The position numbers and the translations under genes were made by a program. The notes under the pieces are model-generated. The model saw nothing but the letters and a program-made list of their open reading frames with translations. It had not been told where the DNA came from and made no database searches. DNA of 62,924 nt, filler included, from Lenisia limosa (taxonomy: Eukaryota; Protista; Breviatea), in the NCBI GenBank assembly GCA_001655205.1. It is 14 parts of 14 records of this genome, joined end to end, with 100 filler letters (N's around TTAATTAATTAA, not from the genome) between each part and the next. Parts side by side here need not be neighbours in the genome. Positions count along the whole stretch, not along the records: positions 8,864 to 16,896 come from LPNZ01003568.1; positions 16,997 to 29,685 come from LPNZ01008986.1; 12 more parts are not named here. One strand, written 5' to 3'. Positions 13,295-27,968 of this stretch are shown here, in pieces (position 1 is the first letter of the stretch; every line of letters starts with the position of its first letter).

Positions 13295-16200
13295 TCAAAG
13301 CGTATGCGCTGGGTTACAAGATACCTGAACTGTCAGATTTGGGTATCCTCGTAAAGATAATTTGACGTATGATATTGCGATTAAATAAAGTTTGGCAGCT
13401 TCCAGAGACAATCTCTGTGAATTGTCTTTTTAAAAAAGGAGCAATTGTCGTAAGTGAGAATATATACTACGATAATAATACATATGATTACAGTATCAAC
13501 ACACGTACCTTATTTTTTGCAGCGTTTTTGACGTTTTTGACAGCGTTGGACGCGACCTCTATTCGCGAAGGCAGCTTATCAGGCGTTTCCTTGACTCCAA
13601 AGTACCTGCGGTGATAAGGAGAGGGCTATCAAAATACTATATTCGGTGTATGGGGTCAGTAATCCGTTGAACTGCATAAACACTGCTAGGCGAAAAGTTT
13701 TTATATTATATGACATATGCATATGATTAGATCAGATACTAATAAAAATAGCCGAGTGTTGTTTGCCCCCCCCCCCCTGACCTTCTAAACCAGAGGACCA
13801 GAATGACAAGCACCATGATCACCAAACCTACACAAATGATTCCCAAACGAAATAATAATAATAAAAAAAATGACACTCTTTTTATTGGTTTAACCAATCA
13901 ATCCTCCCACCTCCAAGCCAGCCCCAGAACAGTTCCTCGCTTTCCTTGAATACCCAAGTTGCCAGACACGCAGCAAGAGCTGTCCACCCGCTCAAGGCCA
14001 TTGAGGCTTTCAGAGTGGTGTTGAGCTACATATGTGAAACTAATTCTATTTGTAATGAGGAAATGAAAAAAATACAAGTTTGTACTTAGGCTTAACTTTA
14101 TTATACACAACTATATGGAACTAAACAAAAGCAATCATCAAAATACATTAATAATAATAGATGATACATGTAGGTAAAATATATATTTCAAACAATTTTT
14201 TGAAACATTTATCAAGGAACAAACCTGATCAACCGAGAAGGGAGAGCCAATGTACGCAACAACCTGTACAAAAACGTTGTAGATAATCTGAGGCATAATG
14301 TATTTGACATTTACATCCATTTAAAGAGAAAGACTATGCTTCAATAATCAAAAACATAGCCACTTAAAATGGCTTAACATTTCAATACCACTCATTGAAT
14401 CCGTTCACGCATGCTGATCTCCACTCAGCACCTGCCAATCGATGGGCCGACCCACCAGAGAAGGAAGTATGAATGTCGCGTTGGATTCCGACCAAAACGC
14501 GTGGACTGCTGAAAGGAGAACTCGAAAATTTGCTGTAACTGCAAGGTATCTGAGCAAATTGAGAAATAGCAACTTAAGTTTTGTTCATTGGGAATCTAGA
14601 GGGTGCGTATTGAGATTTGTTGGTTAAATATATCACCATGTATGAAAAATAACCCAAAAAGTGATTTGATATTGCAAAACTATGGGGGTGTAGAGGAGCT
14701 CTACTACACGACACAATGATCAGCTTACACAGGGTTGCACAGAATTTTCCGGGGCACCACAAGATCAGATCGTTTCCTGAAAAAATAAGTTGCCAATTGT
14801 GCCCAAGGCGTACCTAAACGGGTTGAAGTTCTGTGTGCCCAGTTTGTTATCCTCGTTCTGCTGCATGTTTTCATCTAAGCAGGTGTGTGAAAGGAATTCG
14901 CAACAAATGATTATCACCGAATGTAACTCTAGCCAACCTGCAGAGTACACCAGAAAATGCCAGTAAAACGGCACCAGAACGCCAACTGAAAAAAGAACGT
15001 AGATAACGTGTGTACCCTTCCAGCATTCAACCTGTGGGGGGGTGAGGACAAATGACCAAAAACAGGGTAGATCTCAAAAAAATCACAAGGTAGCATCATT
15101 AATAATTCAATCACTTTAAATACACAACACATAGTGATAGTAAGAGAAGAAAAAAGAACAGCAATCGAATTATACGATTGTGATTTCTTTTCTCGACTTT
15201 GCACTTGCACCATCGCAGTGTATTTCTTTTGTGGTCATTTGCCTACAATAGAACAGAGGCGGATGAAGGAACGGAAATATGCAGAAACACTATTGAATGA
15301 TGAGCATGATATCTTTTTTGAATGAACTGAGAGGATAAAGCACGTTATCATCATATAATACATGTACTATATGATGACGACCCCTCCATCCACTGGTCCC
15401 AAATACTGACCTCAGGGTTTCTCATTAGAGTGGCGTTATCTTCATCGTAATTACAGGCAAACATGGAGAGCAGTGCCGATATCATCGGAAGTGACAGAGA
15501 GTGGAAAATCTGGACGAAAGTCAGGCCTGATATATAACAGCTTGTCCATACTAAAAGTAAGGAATATGCCCCTCACCAGGTCAATGATTGAAACCACTGC
15601 TTTCGGTAGCTTTTTAAACAGTGTTCTACAAAATAAGCAACATCGCTAATGGAATCCAAATACCACATCCTTTCATACGCGTGGAGAATTGGATAAAGAA
15701 TAAGGATCACAACTATGCAGTAGAATACCTAAAAGCTCAGGAACACGGAGTTCTTATCCAATCTGGGTCAACTCACATTCAGATAGAGCATCTCAGTGTA
15801 CTGAAGCATGATTGTGGTCATTGCACTTTGGGTGTCTGTCAAAGGTGAGAACATAATGGGGGGGGGGGGAGTTAGTATTACAGTTTCATAAACCTGGCAA
15901 TCCATCCAATGGTACCACAACTGGTACCTGTGTATTTATTTGTTTCCCTAGATTTCTAATTATTTCTCTTGCTCAAAAAAACCAACCCGGAGGTGCCTTC
16001 CACGGGACTGACGGGGCGAAAGCCATGGCCGACAGCGTGACAGCATCGGACAGCAATCCAACCTGAGGTAATCAAAAAGTGTGTCAGAATGCATCCAATT
16101 TGATTCGAATTGAAAAACCACATCCTTCATCGGAATACACTTCACCTTCAATACCCATCAAGAAGCTGAATACTAATCCACCAATCCCAGGTCGGGTCGC

Positions 16201-16620
16201 CACATTTAGTAATGAACCGTTTAAGCCAATAATGAGGTGCCTACCGTTCGTTTGAGACCCTCGAGACTTTTGGGGATCAAAATCTGAAGAATCAGAAAAG
16301 CTGTCCCAGAATAATATTCAACCCTCTCAATAGTAAATCTCTTCAAGCATGAGATTGAAGTATAAGGTTAGACAGACCAATTTTCTTGACTTGTTGACTT
16401 CACTACTGTTCACTTTGGCGTGTGCAAACATCCACAGAAACCTGTTGGGTGGGTGGGAAACTATCAAAACAAAAGTGATTACACTGTTGTGCTGGGGAGC
16501 TGGCGCAGGAGGACTTTTGACTAAAGAGGAATCTATCATCTGCGTCATGGGGTAGGATGTATGAGAAAAAGAATCTCAAAGATGCCAACTTAGTTGATGG
16601 TAACAAGGATAAGAAAAAAA
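13295..16620 (-). CDS. Multipass membrane protein
   Basis: Exons include LPMISALLSMFACNYDEDNATLMRNPE|VECWKGTHVIYVLFSVGVLVPFYWHFLV, LNTTLKASMALSGWTALAACLATWVF and GLVIMVLVILVLWFR. Stop TGA at 13295-13297. 5' end uncertain. Confidence 0.65.
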
Positions 16621-16996
16621 TAATACATATCTATCCAATCCCCCTCCACCAACCCAAAAAGCCAGAAAAGCATGAGGGGAATGCCAAGGCCTAAAATGAC
16701 CCATTTTGGTGCGGGTGAGCTGGCAGCTGGCACTGTCACCATCGCGAAAAATGTCAATTCAGCTGCTTAGCTGTTAGAAGAACTGAAGATTGGAACAATA
16801 ACGCCAAAGATGCACTTCCCCCACTCAGATTAGCAGCTCCATCCCCAATCACCTTGATAAGCACTTTCGAGTTCTGAATAATATAACTTTTAATTGNNNN
16901 NNNNNNNNNNNNNNNNNNNNNNNNNNNNNNNNNNNNNNNNTTAATTAATTAANNNNNNNNNNNNNNNNNNNNNNNNNNNNNNNNNNNNNNNNNNNN

Positions 16997-19476
16997 CCGC
17001 CGACACGTCACGCCGGCGTAAGAAAAAGAAGACTGAGGTACGATGGGCTAAGCTCAGTTGATACCGTATTGATAAAGCTTGTTAAGTGTGAAGGGCAGCC
17101 TTGTTCTTTTTGACCTGACAGGAGGGACCAGCCTCGCCGAAAAAGGAGTCGTCTGACGCTGCTATCCAGCCTGCTTCCGAGCCTCCTGTTGCCGAGCCTC
17201 TTGTCCCCGACCAACCTTCCGAACCTCTTCCTTCCAAGCCCATTCCGGCCGAAGCCAAGGATGAGGCTGTGCCAACAGAAACTAAGAATGAGGGGGTTGT
17301 GCAGAAAACCGTTCTCAAGTCGTCAGGCAGTTTGAGCGATTCGCAACGGTAGGGGGGGGGGGGGGNNNNNNNNNNNNNNNNNNNNNNNNNNNNNNNNNNN
17401 NNNNNNNNNNNNNNNNNNNNNNNNNNNNNNNNNNNNNNNNNNNNNNNNNNNNNNNNNNNNNNNNNNNNNNNNNNNNNNNNNNNNNNNNNNNNNNNNNNNN
17501 NNNNNNNNNNNTTTTTGAGGATTGATCGAGAAATTCAGTCAATTGTTGAACCGAAGTGAGGTCCCACTTAATATACTATATTAAGACTTAACTGGAATGA
17601 GTGTTCACCACATAGGTCGACACCTCGAGATGAGTCACCCCGTGTTACTTTTGACGATACTCCAAGAAGATTGAAGCCCTTGGATGAAGTGAGGGAATCA
17701 TACTGATATACGTCATACTACAACAACATCATGTCATATTGATATGTTTCTCTGCTGCGAATCTTCTAACTCTCCAGGTCAGCGCAGAGGAAGTCAGTCC
17801 CATTGAGGAGACCAAGCCCGAGAGCCCGGATGATGGCGTCACTCAAGCGTCTGAAGCCCAGCAAGAACAACATGGTACGCGTGTTGTTGTTGATAAGCAG
17901 GTTCAATATCACAGAAATCTTGGCAGATAGTTTTGGCGTTTTATCTACATCCCCCCCCCCCTTTTTTTTTTTGNNNNNNNNNNNNNNNNNNNNNNNNNNN
18001 NNNNNNNNNNNNNNNNNNNNNNNNNNNNNNNNNNNNNNNNNNNNNNNNNNNNNNNNNNNNNNNNNNNNCACATTTCCTTATTCAAATAGTTGAACCCGAA
18101 ATCCCATCACCAGAAGCACCCGAGACCAGCAATAAGGTGGAAGAGATATGCACCATTCATCATAGGAAATGTGATATACTATGTTCATTTTATCAAATAT
18201 CTGTTCTCTTTCTACAACTTGGAGCTATCTTTCTACCCATTAATAGTACATCAAAGCTAACCTCTCAGACGACTCCCCGGCCCTTAGATGAGACTCCTTC
18301 CGACGCTGTCATCTCCCCTCCAACAGGCGCAGTGGATACCCCCGATAGTGAATCTCCTGGTATGTCTTATCTACCTGGGGAGGGGGGTACATTGTTTTGA
18401 TGGAACAAGGTTCATAATTTTGGCCAATTACCCTTTTCAGTATTTTTTTGAATTTTTACAATAACTGTCTCTTGGCTGTGTGTGTACTTTAATTTTCTGA
18501 CACCAAAGCAGCCGCCCAGTCCAGCGATTTAGCTGCCATGTTAGAGGAAGCTACTCCAAGAAGAAGAAGGAAAAAGAAAGAGAAGGATGACACTGAAACC
18601 CCAAGGAAGAGGAAGAAGAAGAAAGGTAAACTGCTTTTCTCTGCGGATTATAACTCGTAGTTAGTTACATATGCATGTACATTACAAACCCCTTATCCCA
18701 TTTCAGGACTCTCCGCTGGGGATTCGGATCTGGAGTCTCTTTTGGCCTCAGTTGCGTCTTTGCCGTCTATTGAATCGGTTTGCTGGGCTCTCGGTACATC
18801 CTTATCAATATTTTATGTGTTTAAGGTGAGGCTAATGGATAATCAATCAGGTCCCTTCGACTGAAAGCGACGCGTCAGCCCTTTTAGAGGCTCTCACGCC
18901 GCGAGTCGACCCTACAGTGCCGGGTGAGATGGATACCGGGCTTCCCTTTCAAAGACTGATAGTGATATCCCCTTCTTTGGTTATTATGTGAAGTGGATGT
19001 CTACTTTCAAGAACTTATAATTACATGTAGTATATGACAGAATCAAACCGTTGATATCGATATCAGCAGATGTCTTGTTGGTGCCGTTTAAATGCTTTCT
19101 TTTTCTGCTTAACAAGCGGTTTAAAAACGACTAAGAACAGTGATAGTATGTTGTGTATTTAATACCCCCTTCCCCCAGTTGAGTCAGATTCCGCAGGGGA
19201 TTTGGCGGCAATGCTCGCGGCTTCCACAGCACCAGACTCCTCTCGCAAGAAGGTGAGCTGGAACAATCGAAGGGTGGACGGACTAAGTGCTTCAACCAGG
19301 TATTTCGTTTTAATACTACAACTTCCCAAACCCATTAAGTTTTACCCCCCCCCCCGCAGAAGAAGGATAAGACGCCGCCGGTACTGTCGGCAGAGGCCTC
19401 GGCTGCCGAACTGGCCATGCTGCTCGACCAGACCGCCAACACGCCACGCCGGCGTAAGAAAAAGAAGGCCGTTTAG
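16997..19476 (+). CDS. Low-complexity Pro/Ser/Glu-rich protein with repeated LAAML...(TP)RRRKKKK modules (5' partial)
   Basis: About 10 GT-AG exons, e.g. SSDLAAMLEEATPRRRRKKKEK and AAELAMLLDQTANTPRRRKKKKAV-TAG (19474-19476). Confidence 0.75.
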
Positions 19477-20419
19477 ATTGTAGTTTTAGTGTATTGTTTG
19501 TTTTAATTTGAAGGTTGATTTGTTTGAAATTATATGTTTGTATAATAATTAATGGTAATTTAGGGTTGTTTTATTTAATGTATTGTCTGATATCCTAAGG
19601 AGGAAACTCTTAAACGAGCTGTCTGGTGAATGATTAGAAAAGATATAGAACCACAATGGAACCACTGATATCATCAGCCTCTCCGCCCTTGAAAGTCAAA
19701 TACCGTATTTTTAAAGGGTACAAACCGTTGATTCCCCTTTTTACCAATGCCAAAAAAAACATGCAAAAACCAAAAAGTCTTCAAATTTTCAATACGTCTT
19801 TGAATACATCAACAACATAACAATCGAAGAATATATGATAATTATTGGTGTAAACATGAACAACAAATGACATCAGACAATTATTCGAATACAGGATCGA
19901 ATGTGGTAAGGGCAGAAACGTGGCACCTTTGCAGAAATCAGTAGACGCCAACACTACAGAGTAAGCACTTCAGTAGTTCGTATGTATGTGTGGATAGTTA
20001 TAATATCTAATATGGAAGGTTTGGGAGTGGGGGAGGGGGTGACAGGATGGCTGTTTTGGCTTTCACCTAGAGGAGTATAATATATATATTATGTATATAT
20101 ACTCCTCCTAACTTTCACTCTCTTTGTTTCCTTGTTTCCTTGTCTCCTTTTCTCCTTGTCGTGCAACTCTTGATTTCGCTTCTGCCTTTTCTACTTTTGT
20201 TCTTTTTTTGTTTCATTTCATGGAACATATGTCTCACCATCCATCAGTACCGATGGATGGGCGCGAAAATAAAACGTAACATCTGAAGGCAGCCTTGTCA
20301 TCACGTTTATATAATTATTTGTATTTATATTAGCTCCCACAATCACTACCCTTCCTTTTGTTCTAAGCTTTCTGTCAATGAATCAATAATCAAGATTACT
20401 GAGGTTATCTCTTCCAGAT

Positions 20420-23400
20420 ATGTCGTCCCTCTCCGACCGAGAGGGTGATGATGAGTTCCCTCACAGCGTTTTCGAGACCATCGTGTCACCCAGAAAAATT
20501 ACTAACGCTGATCTTTTGAGTCCCGGTTAGCTTCTCCCTCAAGAATCTCATTACTGAAGGGTGACCGTTGCGTTTTTTCTTAACCATATAGCCACAAAAG
20601 GAAGGTCGAGGAGTGCATCCTATCACGCATATGTGCAATACAAGGTAAGTAATTCTTCACGTACCCTCAGTCTATTTGTGAATCAAAATATCTTTACTGT
20701 ATTCCTCATCATCTATCTTGCTTACAACCAGGCCAAGACCCCAACAATCCACGAGGCCGCAGCAAAAGGCAATCTCAAGGCGGTGGAGGAACTGTAAGCG
20801 CCACTGCTAATTCACGAGACAAATTTCGATGTTTCTTGAGGTTCTTTTCTGAACTTAACTAAAAAGAAGCTGTGAATATTAACGAACTAACCAAATAGTG
20901 TCTCTCGTGGAGTCGACGTTAACTCTCTTGAGAAATCTGTTGGTGGGGAATTGCATTATATTTACATCTACACATCTAAATGATTGGGTAGTTGTATTTT
21001 CTGAACCGATATCTCTTATCGGTAGGATGGTGTGGACGGCTTTGGCCGGAAACAACCTGGTTTTACTTCAATTTCATCATAAGTACATTTGGTCGCACTT
21101 CAAAGCGGAGAGGCACGTGAATTAAATTGAAACAGCTATAGGCCAGACCATATCCTGAGGAAACTGCCTTAAAGAGGGTCGGATTATTTCTTATTGTCAC
21201 ACAACAAACTAGGATTTAAGACATCATTGATAAAGAGAAGATTGTCTATGGCTCTCACACTCCATAAAACCCACCTAGAACGTGACACCACTTCACAAGG
21301 CCAGTATTAACGGCCACACTGATGTTGTGGAGTATCTCTTACAGCATGGTGCCGATGCCCTTGCAGTCCTTACTAATTATTCGGTAGGAGGCAAATTCAT
21401 TATTTTCTTCCAATATGAAGCCCTACTTCATACTCTTCACAGCCCATGTCACAATCCAGCTTGATACCGCCCTCCACCTCGCAGCAAAAAACGGACACAC
21501 CGCAACGGTTGAGGCCCTCCTGCAGTCCAACGCAGATATTGATGCTAAAAACAGCTATGTTGGTGGGAGACACCATCAGGCTACTATATTTTTTAAGAAT
21601 AATAATAATATGTTGGATTATGAGGATACTTGAAAAACATTCACAAGTTGTTTATTATTTACTTACCCCACAAGCTTCAAACGCCACTCCATATGGCTGT
21701 ATTTCGCGGCTTTCTCAACACTTCGAGGGTTCTCTTGGAAGCAGGAGCTGACGTCTGGGCTGAAGATGAATATGTAGAGGGGAGATTAGATATGGTTCCT
21801 CTGCGATATAATATGATATGATCCCCATACACACTATGCCATTTTCTTCCAAAAATCATAGAATAACTTAGAGCACAAAAATTTGACAATTATTTAGGGG
21901 CGGACGCCGCTGTTGCTTGCTGCCTCCTATCCGCACAGTGACGTTATGCAACTTTTGGTGGAGTTTAACGCTTTTGTTAACAAGGGCGCCATGAAAACTG
22001 TAAGCAGGGAATCTTAACGATGCTTCACAAGTCTCATTTCTTTTGTTTGTTCAGAAGTTCGATGGATTTTCCAGAGGAACTCTCTTTTCTCTCAACAATG
22101 CATTCTGTAGCTTGACTGGGGTACAGGCTTGTGAAATCCCTAACAATTCAGGGAATAACCCCCTTGCATATTGCGTCCAAAAAAGGCAAATGCGGCATTA
22201 TCGACATTTTACTAAATGAAGGAGCTGATCCCAATATCAAGGATGATAATGTAGGTGGTAGGAAAATGTCAAATATGATAATGTGCTGTTTTGCCTTCAT
22301 TATTTTTCAAAAGGGTCTAATGATCAACCTCGCATACAGCTTAAATTGGGAAGATAACTCTTATAACTACATTGGGATATCACTGGTGTAATTCGAAAGG
22401 GTTATATGATGATTCTATACAGGGCTGGACTGCAATGCACTTCGCAGCGCTGGGGTCCTACAAAGACGCTGTTGTCCAACTCTTGGCACATGGGGCCAAT
22501 ATCAATATGCAGACTAAGAAGGTTGGAATATTGGAGGTTTAAATGTTGGGCTTGAGCCAGAACCATCACGCTTTTACTCCATTCTCTACGAAATGAGATT
22601 GTGTCCTTCACACTTCAGGGGGAGACACCACTGCAGCTTGCCCTCAAGAGTCACCACAATGACCTTGCTGAGTTTCTAATCTTCAATGGGGCTGAAGCAA
22701 CCGAGGATGAGACGGCAGAAGCCATGGGGCTACCCGTAAGGATGGATATGGGTCTATCGTAAGGATGTATATGAGGTTGCCTCTCATTATATCAACCATT
22801 GTAGAGCGACGATGAAGAAATTGTGACGTCATTACAGTATGCCATTAGAAATGACGCTGCGGAGGTTTGCTGGTTGTTTCTTTTTAGACTAGTTTTTTTA
22901 CCTGGATAACACAATTGAGTCAGTATGGGACTCTTGTTCCCCAATTCACAGTCAATTTCAACCCTTTAAACTCTGGCTCCTTAGGTTGTGGAGCTGTTGC
23001 TCGACCATGGTGCATCAACAAATATTGGGAAGGTACTGTACACCACAATGATGCGATTTTTTTACTTCGGATTTCCTCATTTTTATTATTGCACTTAGTT
23101 CCACCACTCGCCCCTGTTCCTGGCAATTCAAGGCAATAAAAGCGAAATTGTTTCCATTCTACTGAAGCATGGAGCAAACTGTGATATGTCCAATGTTGAG
23201 GTCAGCTTCGTTTATGCATACTATGATTTGTATACATACACTCGCATATCTCCATAACAACTTTCCCATGGTGATTCAGTAACCCTTCGATAACTTCACC
23301 TGAGTTTTTTCGCACTCAGTAGTTTTGAACTTTTAAGGGTGAGACTTTTCTGCATAAAGCTGTGGATTATGGCAATGACCTCATTGTTACAATGATGCTT

Positions 23401-23784
23401 GCTAAGACCACTTCAATCAACGCCCAGACTATACGGGTATGTTGTAGTGTGCCGAAAGGGATTGGGTGATTACCTTATTCTCGTCAGTTTTGATATTCGT
23501 TCTTTTATATTCAAGGCATTAAGATTGACATTTCCAGGGCTTTACTCCACTGCACCTCGCAGCAATACACGGCAACACAGACATGATAAGGATTCTCCTT
23601 TCCTCCGGAGCTGATAAGAGCATCAAAACGGCCGAGGTGAGAGGGGGGGGGGCAACAGAGATAACTCATTTTGTTCTAAACTTCATTTTCATTTCAATAT
23701 TTTATAATTCAGGGTGAAACAGCAGCACAATTGGCCGAGAAGTGCTCCAGCATGCCTTGCAATATGATTCGGCTTCTACTGTGA
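20420..23784 (+). CDS. Ankyrin repeat protein (about 12-13 repeats)
   Basis: Start MSSLSDREGDD. Successive exons each carry a repeat: TPLHKASINGHTDVVEYLLQHGAD, TALHLAAKNGH, TPLHIASKKGK, TPLHLAAIHGN. Stop TGA at 23782-23784. Confidence 0.9.
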
Positions 23785-24059
23785 TGTTGCCCCCTTTTTT
23801 TAGATTGTTTCTTGGGATTTGCTAGTTGTTTCCTTCCTGTTTTAATTAGATGTATTGATGATATCATCGGAAAGGGAAGGTATGCGGGGGGGGGGGTGAA
23901 TTAAACGTACTGTTTTCTAATTGAGTATTGGCTGTCCCTTTTGTTTTTCTCTGAACTGATTTAATACTGCTTGCTTTCAAAAAGATGTATTGACTTAACC
24001 AATGATAAGTAACACGCATCAAAGGGTTTACTCCGATTCGATTTGAAGAACCTACACTA

Positions 24060-27000
24060 TCAGACTTGTATAACCCAGATTGTTTTAAAAAAAAGCCAAA
24101 TAACAACAACACTCGATCTCATGTACACAGTTCTCTCACCCACATGATCTGGCTTAAAGAATACAGCTTTTCCCGGGAAAACAATTTCGCTTTTCTCAGA
24201 GGGTTGAATGACAACACCCATATAGGCCGCATCAAACTCACCAGCCTGGGGGGGGGGGGGTAAAATTGGAAAATTTTTGAAACAAAAAAAAATCNNNNNN
24301 NNNNNNNNNNNNNNNNNNNNNNNNNNNNNNNNNNNNNNNNNNNNNNNNNNNNNNNNNNNNNNNNNNNNNNNNNNNNNNNNNNNNNNNNNNNNNNNNNNNN
24401 NNNNNNNNNNNNNNNNNNNNNNNNNNCATATTAGATTATTAATATTCCCATCAGAGAAAGCCAACCACAGCAACACTAATACAATTACCTTCGACCCCCC
24501 CTCCCCCCTCTCACTGGATTTTCTTCATCACGCACGACAGCAATCATGACTGGGATTTCCTCAGGATCCTCCTCGTCGTCTTCTTCTTCTTCATCTTCAA
24601 GTCCTTCACCTTTCTCGTCAGAAATAATTATATTTAGTTTCTCACAACTGATATGCAATATCATAACAAATTAATCACAATCTTAGGCTTAATATTTCAC
24701 CATCCACCTTCATCAGAATCGGGTGTCTGCGTCAGGAACCCAAGCTGAATAACGGATCCAACCTGAGGGAGCACAGTCAGACATATTTACATTAATAATA
24801 ACTTATAGAAGAGACCACGGTTATGGCATGAAATAGAAACTAACTCAAGAAAATAATTCAATTCTGGGATATTAATGTTTCCCTACTTTGAGTGAGCAAC
24901 GGGAAGCAAGGTCGGGGTGCTGGTCCGGGTTACCCTGAATAAAGTTAAGCTTGTCTAGCGCGAGATATTTTTCGGGTGTTTGAAAACTACTCTCATAAGA
25001 GGATTGTACCTTGAGCCAACCTCCTCCGCGACACTGATCAGTTCGTAGCCGTCAAGTTCAATTGAAGGCTCGGCCGCAGCCTGTCGCATGTGCATGGCCT
25101 GTGGAGAATGATGTCATCAAGACTTGTTGTCTAAAAAGGAAATCGAATTTGACACACAACCCCATTCGGACATTCCTCATATAGTCCAATAATGAAGTGT
25201 CACTCTATTCATTCAAATTTCACAATAAAACTTAAATGGTGCAACTCACCTTAGGGGTCTTTCCATCCATATTCTCGACATTCTCATCAGCTCCTGCCTC
25301 CAACAGAATTGTGCGAACAGCAGCGGCGGCGGCATAAGAGGCCAAATGCAGAGGGGTATCTCCTGGGGTGTAAGAAGAGAAGGGTATTGTAATATTTCAG
25401 ATCAAACAGTTCTCATATGAAGTTAATTCACGAAACAGTCCCAATTTACCTTTATTATCAACAGCAGATACGGAGGACCCTGCCTGTACCAAAGCCATTG
25501 CAACAGCATCGTTACCTGCCTACATTGTTGGAGGGAACGATCTCCACAGGTAAAATGTTATAATATCATCACACATACAAAGGAGATATTATTAGTTTTC
25601 TAAGCTCGAAAGAAAACCGCTTTACTGAGATTAGATAGATAAATTCAGATCGCGAGACCATTAGTAAATCATTTAAACACGTACACTGACCAGGATAAGT
25701 CTTGACTGATTTACTATGTGATTTCCCAAGGAAATGCGGTCATGACTTATCCCAGTCACTGTATATTCTACCCCCACCAAAGAAGCTGAATGAAGAGGGG
25801 TTCGCTTGCCATCGTTGGTGGCCTCCATGTTGCCTCCAGCCTTAGTGAACATTTCAATGAATTCAGCCACCGCATCAGCTGAGGATAATCAAATAAGTTG
25901 TAATTGGTCAAATAAAAATGTAACGTGATGGGAACTGATATCTGATATGAAAAATATAGTCAAAACTCGGATGGCAATATTGTCTGAAGCGACACAACAA
26001 ACCAGGTACTGCTGAGTCGCCTTCCTCATCCTCATCAAAATGGAGCTGTTATGTAAAATACAATGATTTACAAAAGGGTACCAATCATGACATGGGCAAT
26101 GGATTTCCCTCATGTTATTAATTACTTGATTGGACACAAACACAAAAGCAGCACGGCTAATAACTGCATTTCACCACAGACCATGGCTTCAGCAAGACAG
26201 TGGAGTACATTGTTGCCCTCCTTGTCCACCTGCAAAGATAAATGAGAAAAAAATGAGTAGAGGGGGGGGGGGGANNNNNNNNNNNNNNNNNNNNNNNNNN
26301 NNNNNNNNNNNNNNNNNNNNNNNNNNNNNNNNNNNNNNNAAGGTTTTTATTTCCTGAATAATGACGACCATGATTATCCATCCCAGACGCACAAAATTTG
26401 GTTCAGCCCCTGCGGCCAGTAGCTTTGATGTGGTACCGAGGTCACCGTTATCGGCAGCCAGGGTCAATAAACTGCCACTACCTTCCTAATTTGGTGAAAA
26501 AAGTAAATCTTTCTCGAAATTTTAAAGTAATTGGAGGATATTATGTTCATCTACAACTGAAAGTCATAAAATGATCCCATCCGTACTAAAAGACATTATA
26601 CACTGGTACAATTCCACCCCTTCTATACGCCCCCAACAGAGCTNNNNNNNNNNNNNNNNNNNNNNNNNNNNNNNNNNNNNNNNNNNNNNNNNNNNNNNNN
26701 NNNNNNNNNNNNNNNNNNNNNNNNNNNNNNNNNNNNNNNNNNNNNNNNNNNNNNNACCAAGGCCACCTCCAGGGGGGTGCAGTCACTGGAAGCTGGTTAG
26801 TTTTGGCCATGTCAACGGGAGGAAAAGCAACCTGATGGAACGTGTCATTACATTTTTCGGGTTTGTCAAAAAAAAAAGTGTGATGTAGTTAATTTCTAAA
26901 TCTGTGTAAACAAGGGCACTAAAATATTTTAATGCCAAAATAGTGGACACACCCCGCTAAATTGAGGAAGGTGGAAGAATACAATCACTCAAGATATCAA

Positions 27001-27309
27001 TCCCGTTCGGAAACCATCATATCCACAATGATTGACAGTAATAAAACAAAAAAAAACATCAACATGGGAGTAAACGAGGAGTTGTATATAAAACCCAAAG
27101 CTGCAGTATCCAAACACATATGATTCACCCATTCAAGTTGGCACAACAGAAAGCATCAAGCTCCATTCTTTTCAACTAGTATTATTACTTGCCTACAATT
27201 CATCAGCCTTACTGACAGCAGCAGGCGTCTGGGCCACGAGAGTTGAGAGAGTCTCAAGATCCTCAGCCAGGATGGCTCCAATGATCGCGTCAACTTCCAT
27301 ATCTGCCAT
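24060..27309 (-). CDS. Ankyrin repeat protein with acidic tract and a possible DUF2314-like C-terminal domain
   Basis: Start MADMEVDAIIGAILAEDL. Repeats DCTPLEVAL, LAADNGDLGTTSKLLAAGAEPN, KRTPLHSASLVG and GDTPLHLAS. The C-terminus reads LKVGSVIQLGF...YMGVVIQPSEKSEIVFPGKAVFFKPDHVV-stop. Confidence 0.8.
25684..25761. mobile_element. MITE family M2, full copy
   Basis: TA|CACTGACCAGGATAAGTCTTGAC...GTCATGACTTATCCCAGTCACTG|TA in an ankyrin gene intron. Confidence 0.88.
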
Positions 27310-27968
27310 CTCTCCGTATTTATGTGTGAATGTACGGAAAAGGGGAAACTGGCTGTTCGAGTAAAGTCAGGTGGAACACAGTAACCCCAGGTTCACAACC
27401 TTGAAATTTTGCATTGAGAAAATCTCCTGGAAAAACCACCAGAAAACAGATTAGAGAGGACATATTTCACAGAAAGAAGATAAGTTAATTGGATTCGATT
27501 GTTGACAATGTCTTCTCGTCCCTCGGTGTTCAGTATGCTGGCTGTATGGCGTTCTTAAGACTCATCATGATCTATTTAGTGATTTTCATGAAAACTATTG
27601 AATTTCCCGAGGAGTCGCCTTTTATATCTTCACCCCTTCTTATCATAACGATGCAGGTCTAGCTATTCGCCAGTAATTCTTTAAAATGCTTCACCATACC
27701 CATTTTTGACATTTGATATTGCACATGTAGCATATCTAGGCAAAATAAGTGCTGTACAAAGAGTTGAGGAATACTCTTCCAAAGTTAATCTCCTCCTTCA
27801 CCCATACAACCAACTGTTTGCTGTAATCTGTTGTTCGCATCCTTATGTCTCTAGATTTCTAATTTAATTGGTATGTTTGCTTCATTCCGTCTCATTTCTA
27901 TGTCTTTGCTTGCAAGCTGGCATACCTCCATCATCTTTAATTGAGTTTCACCGGCCCTCACTGTTTAG

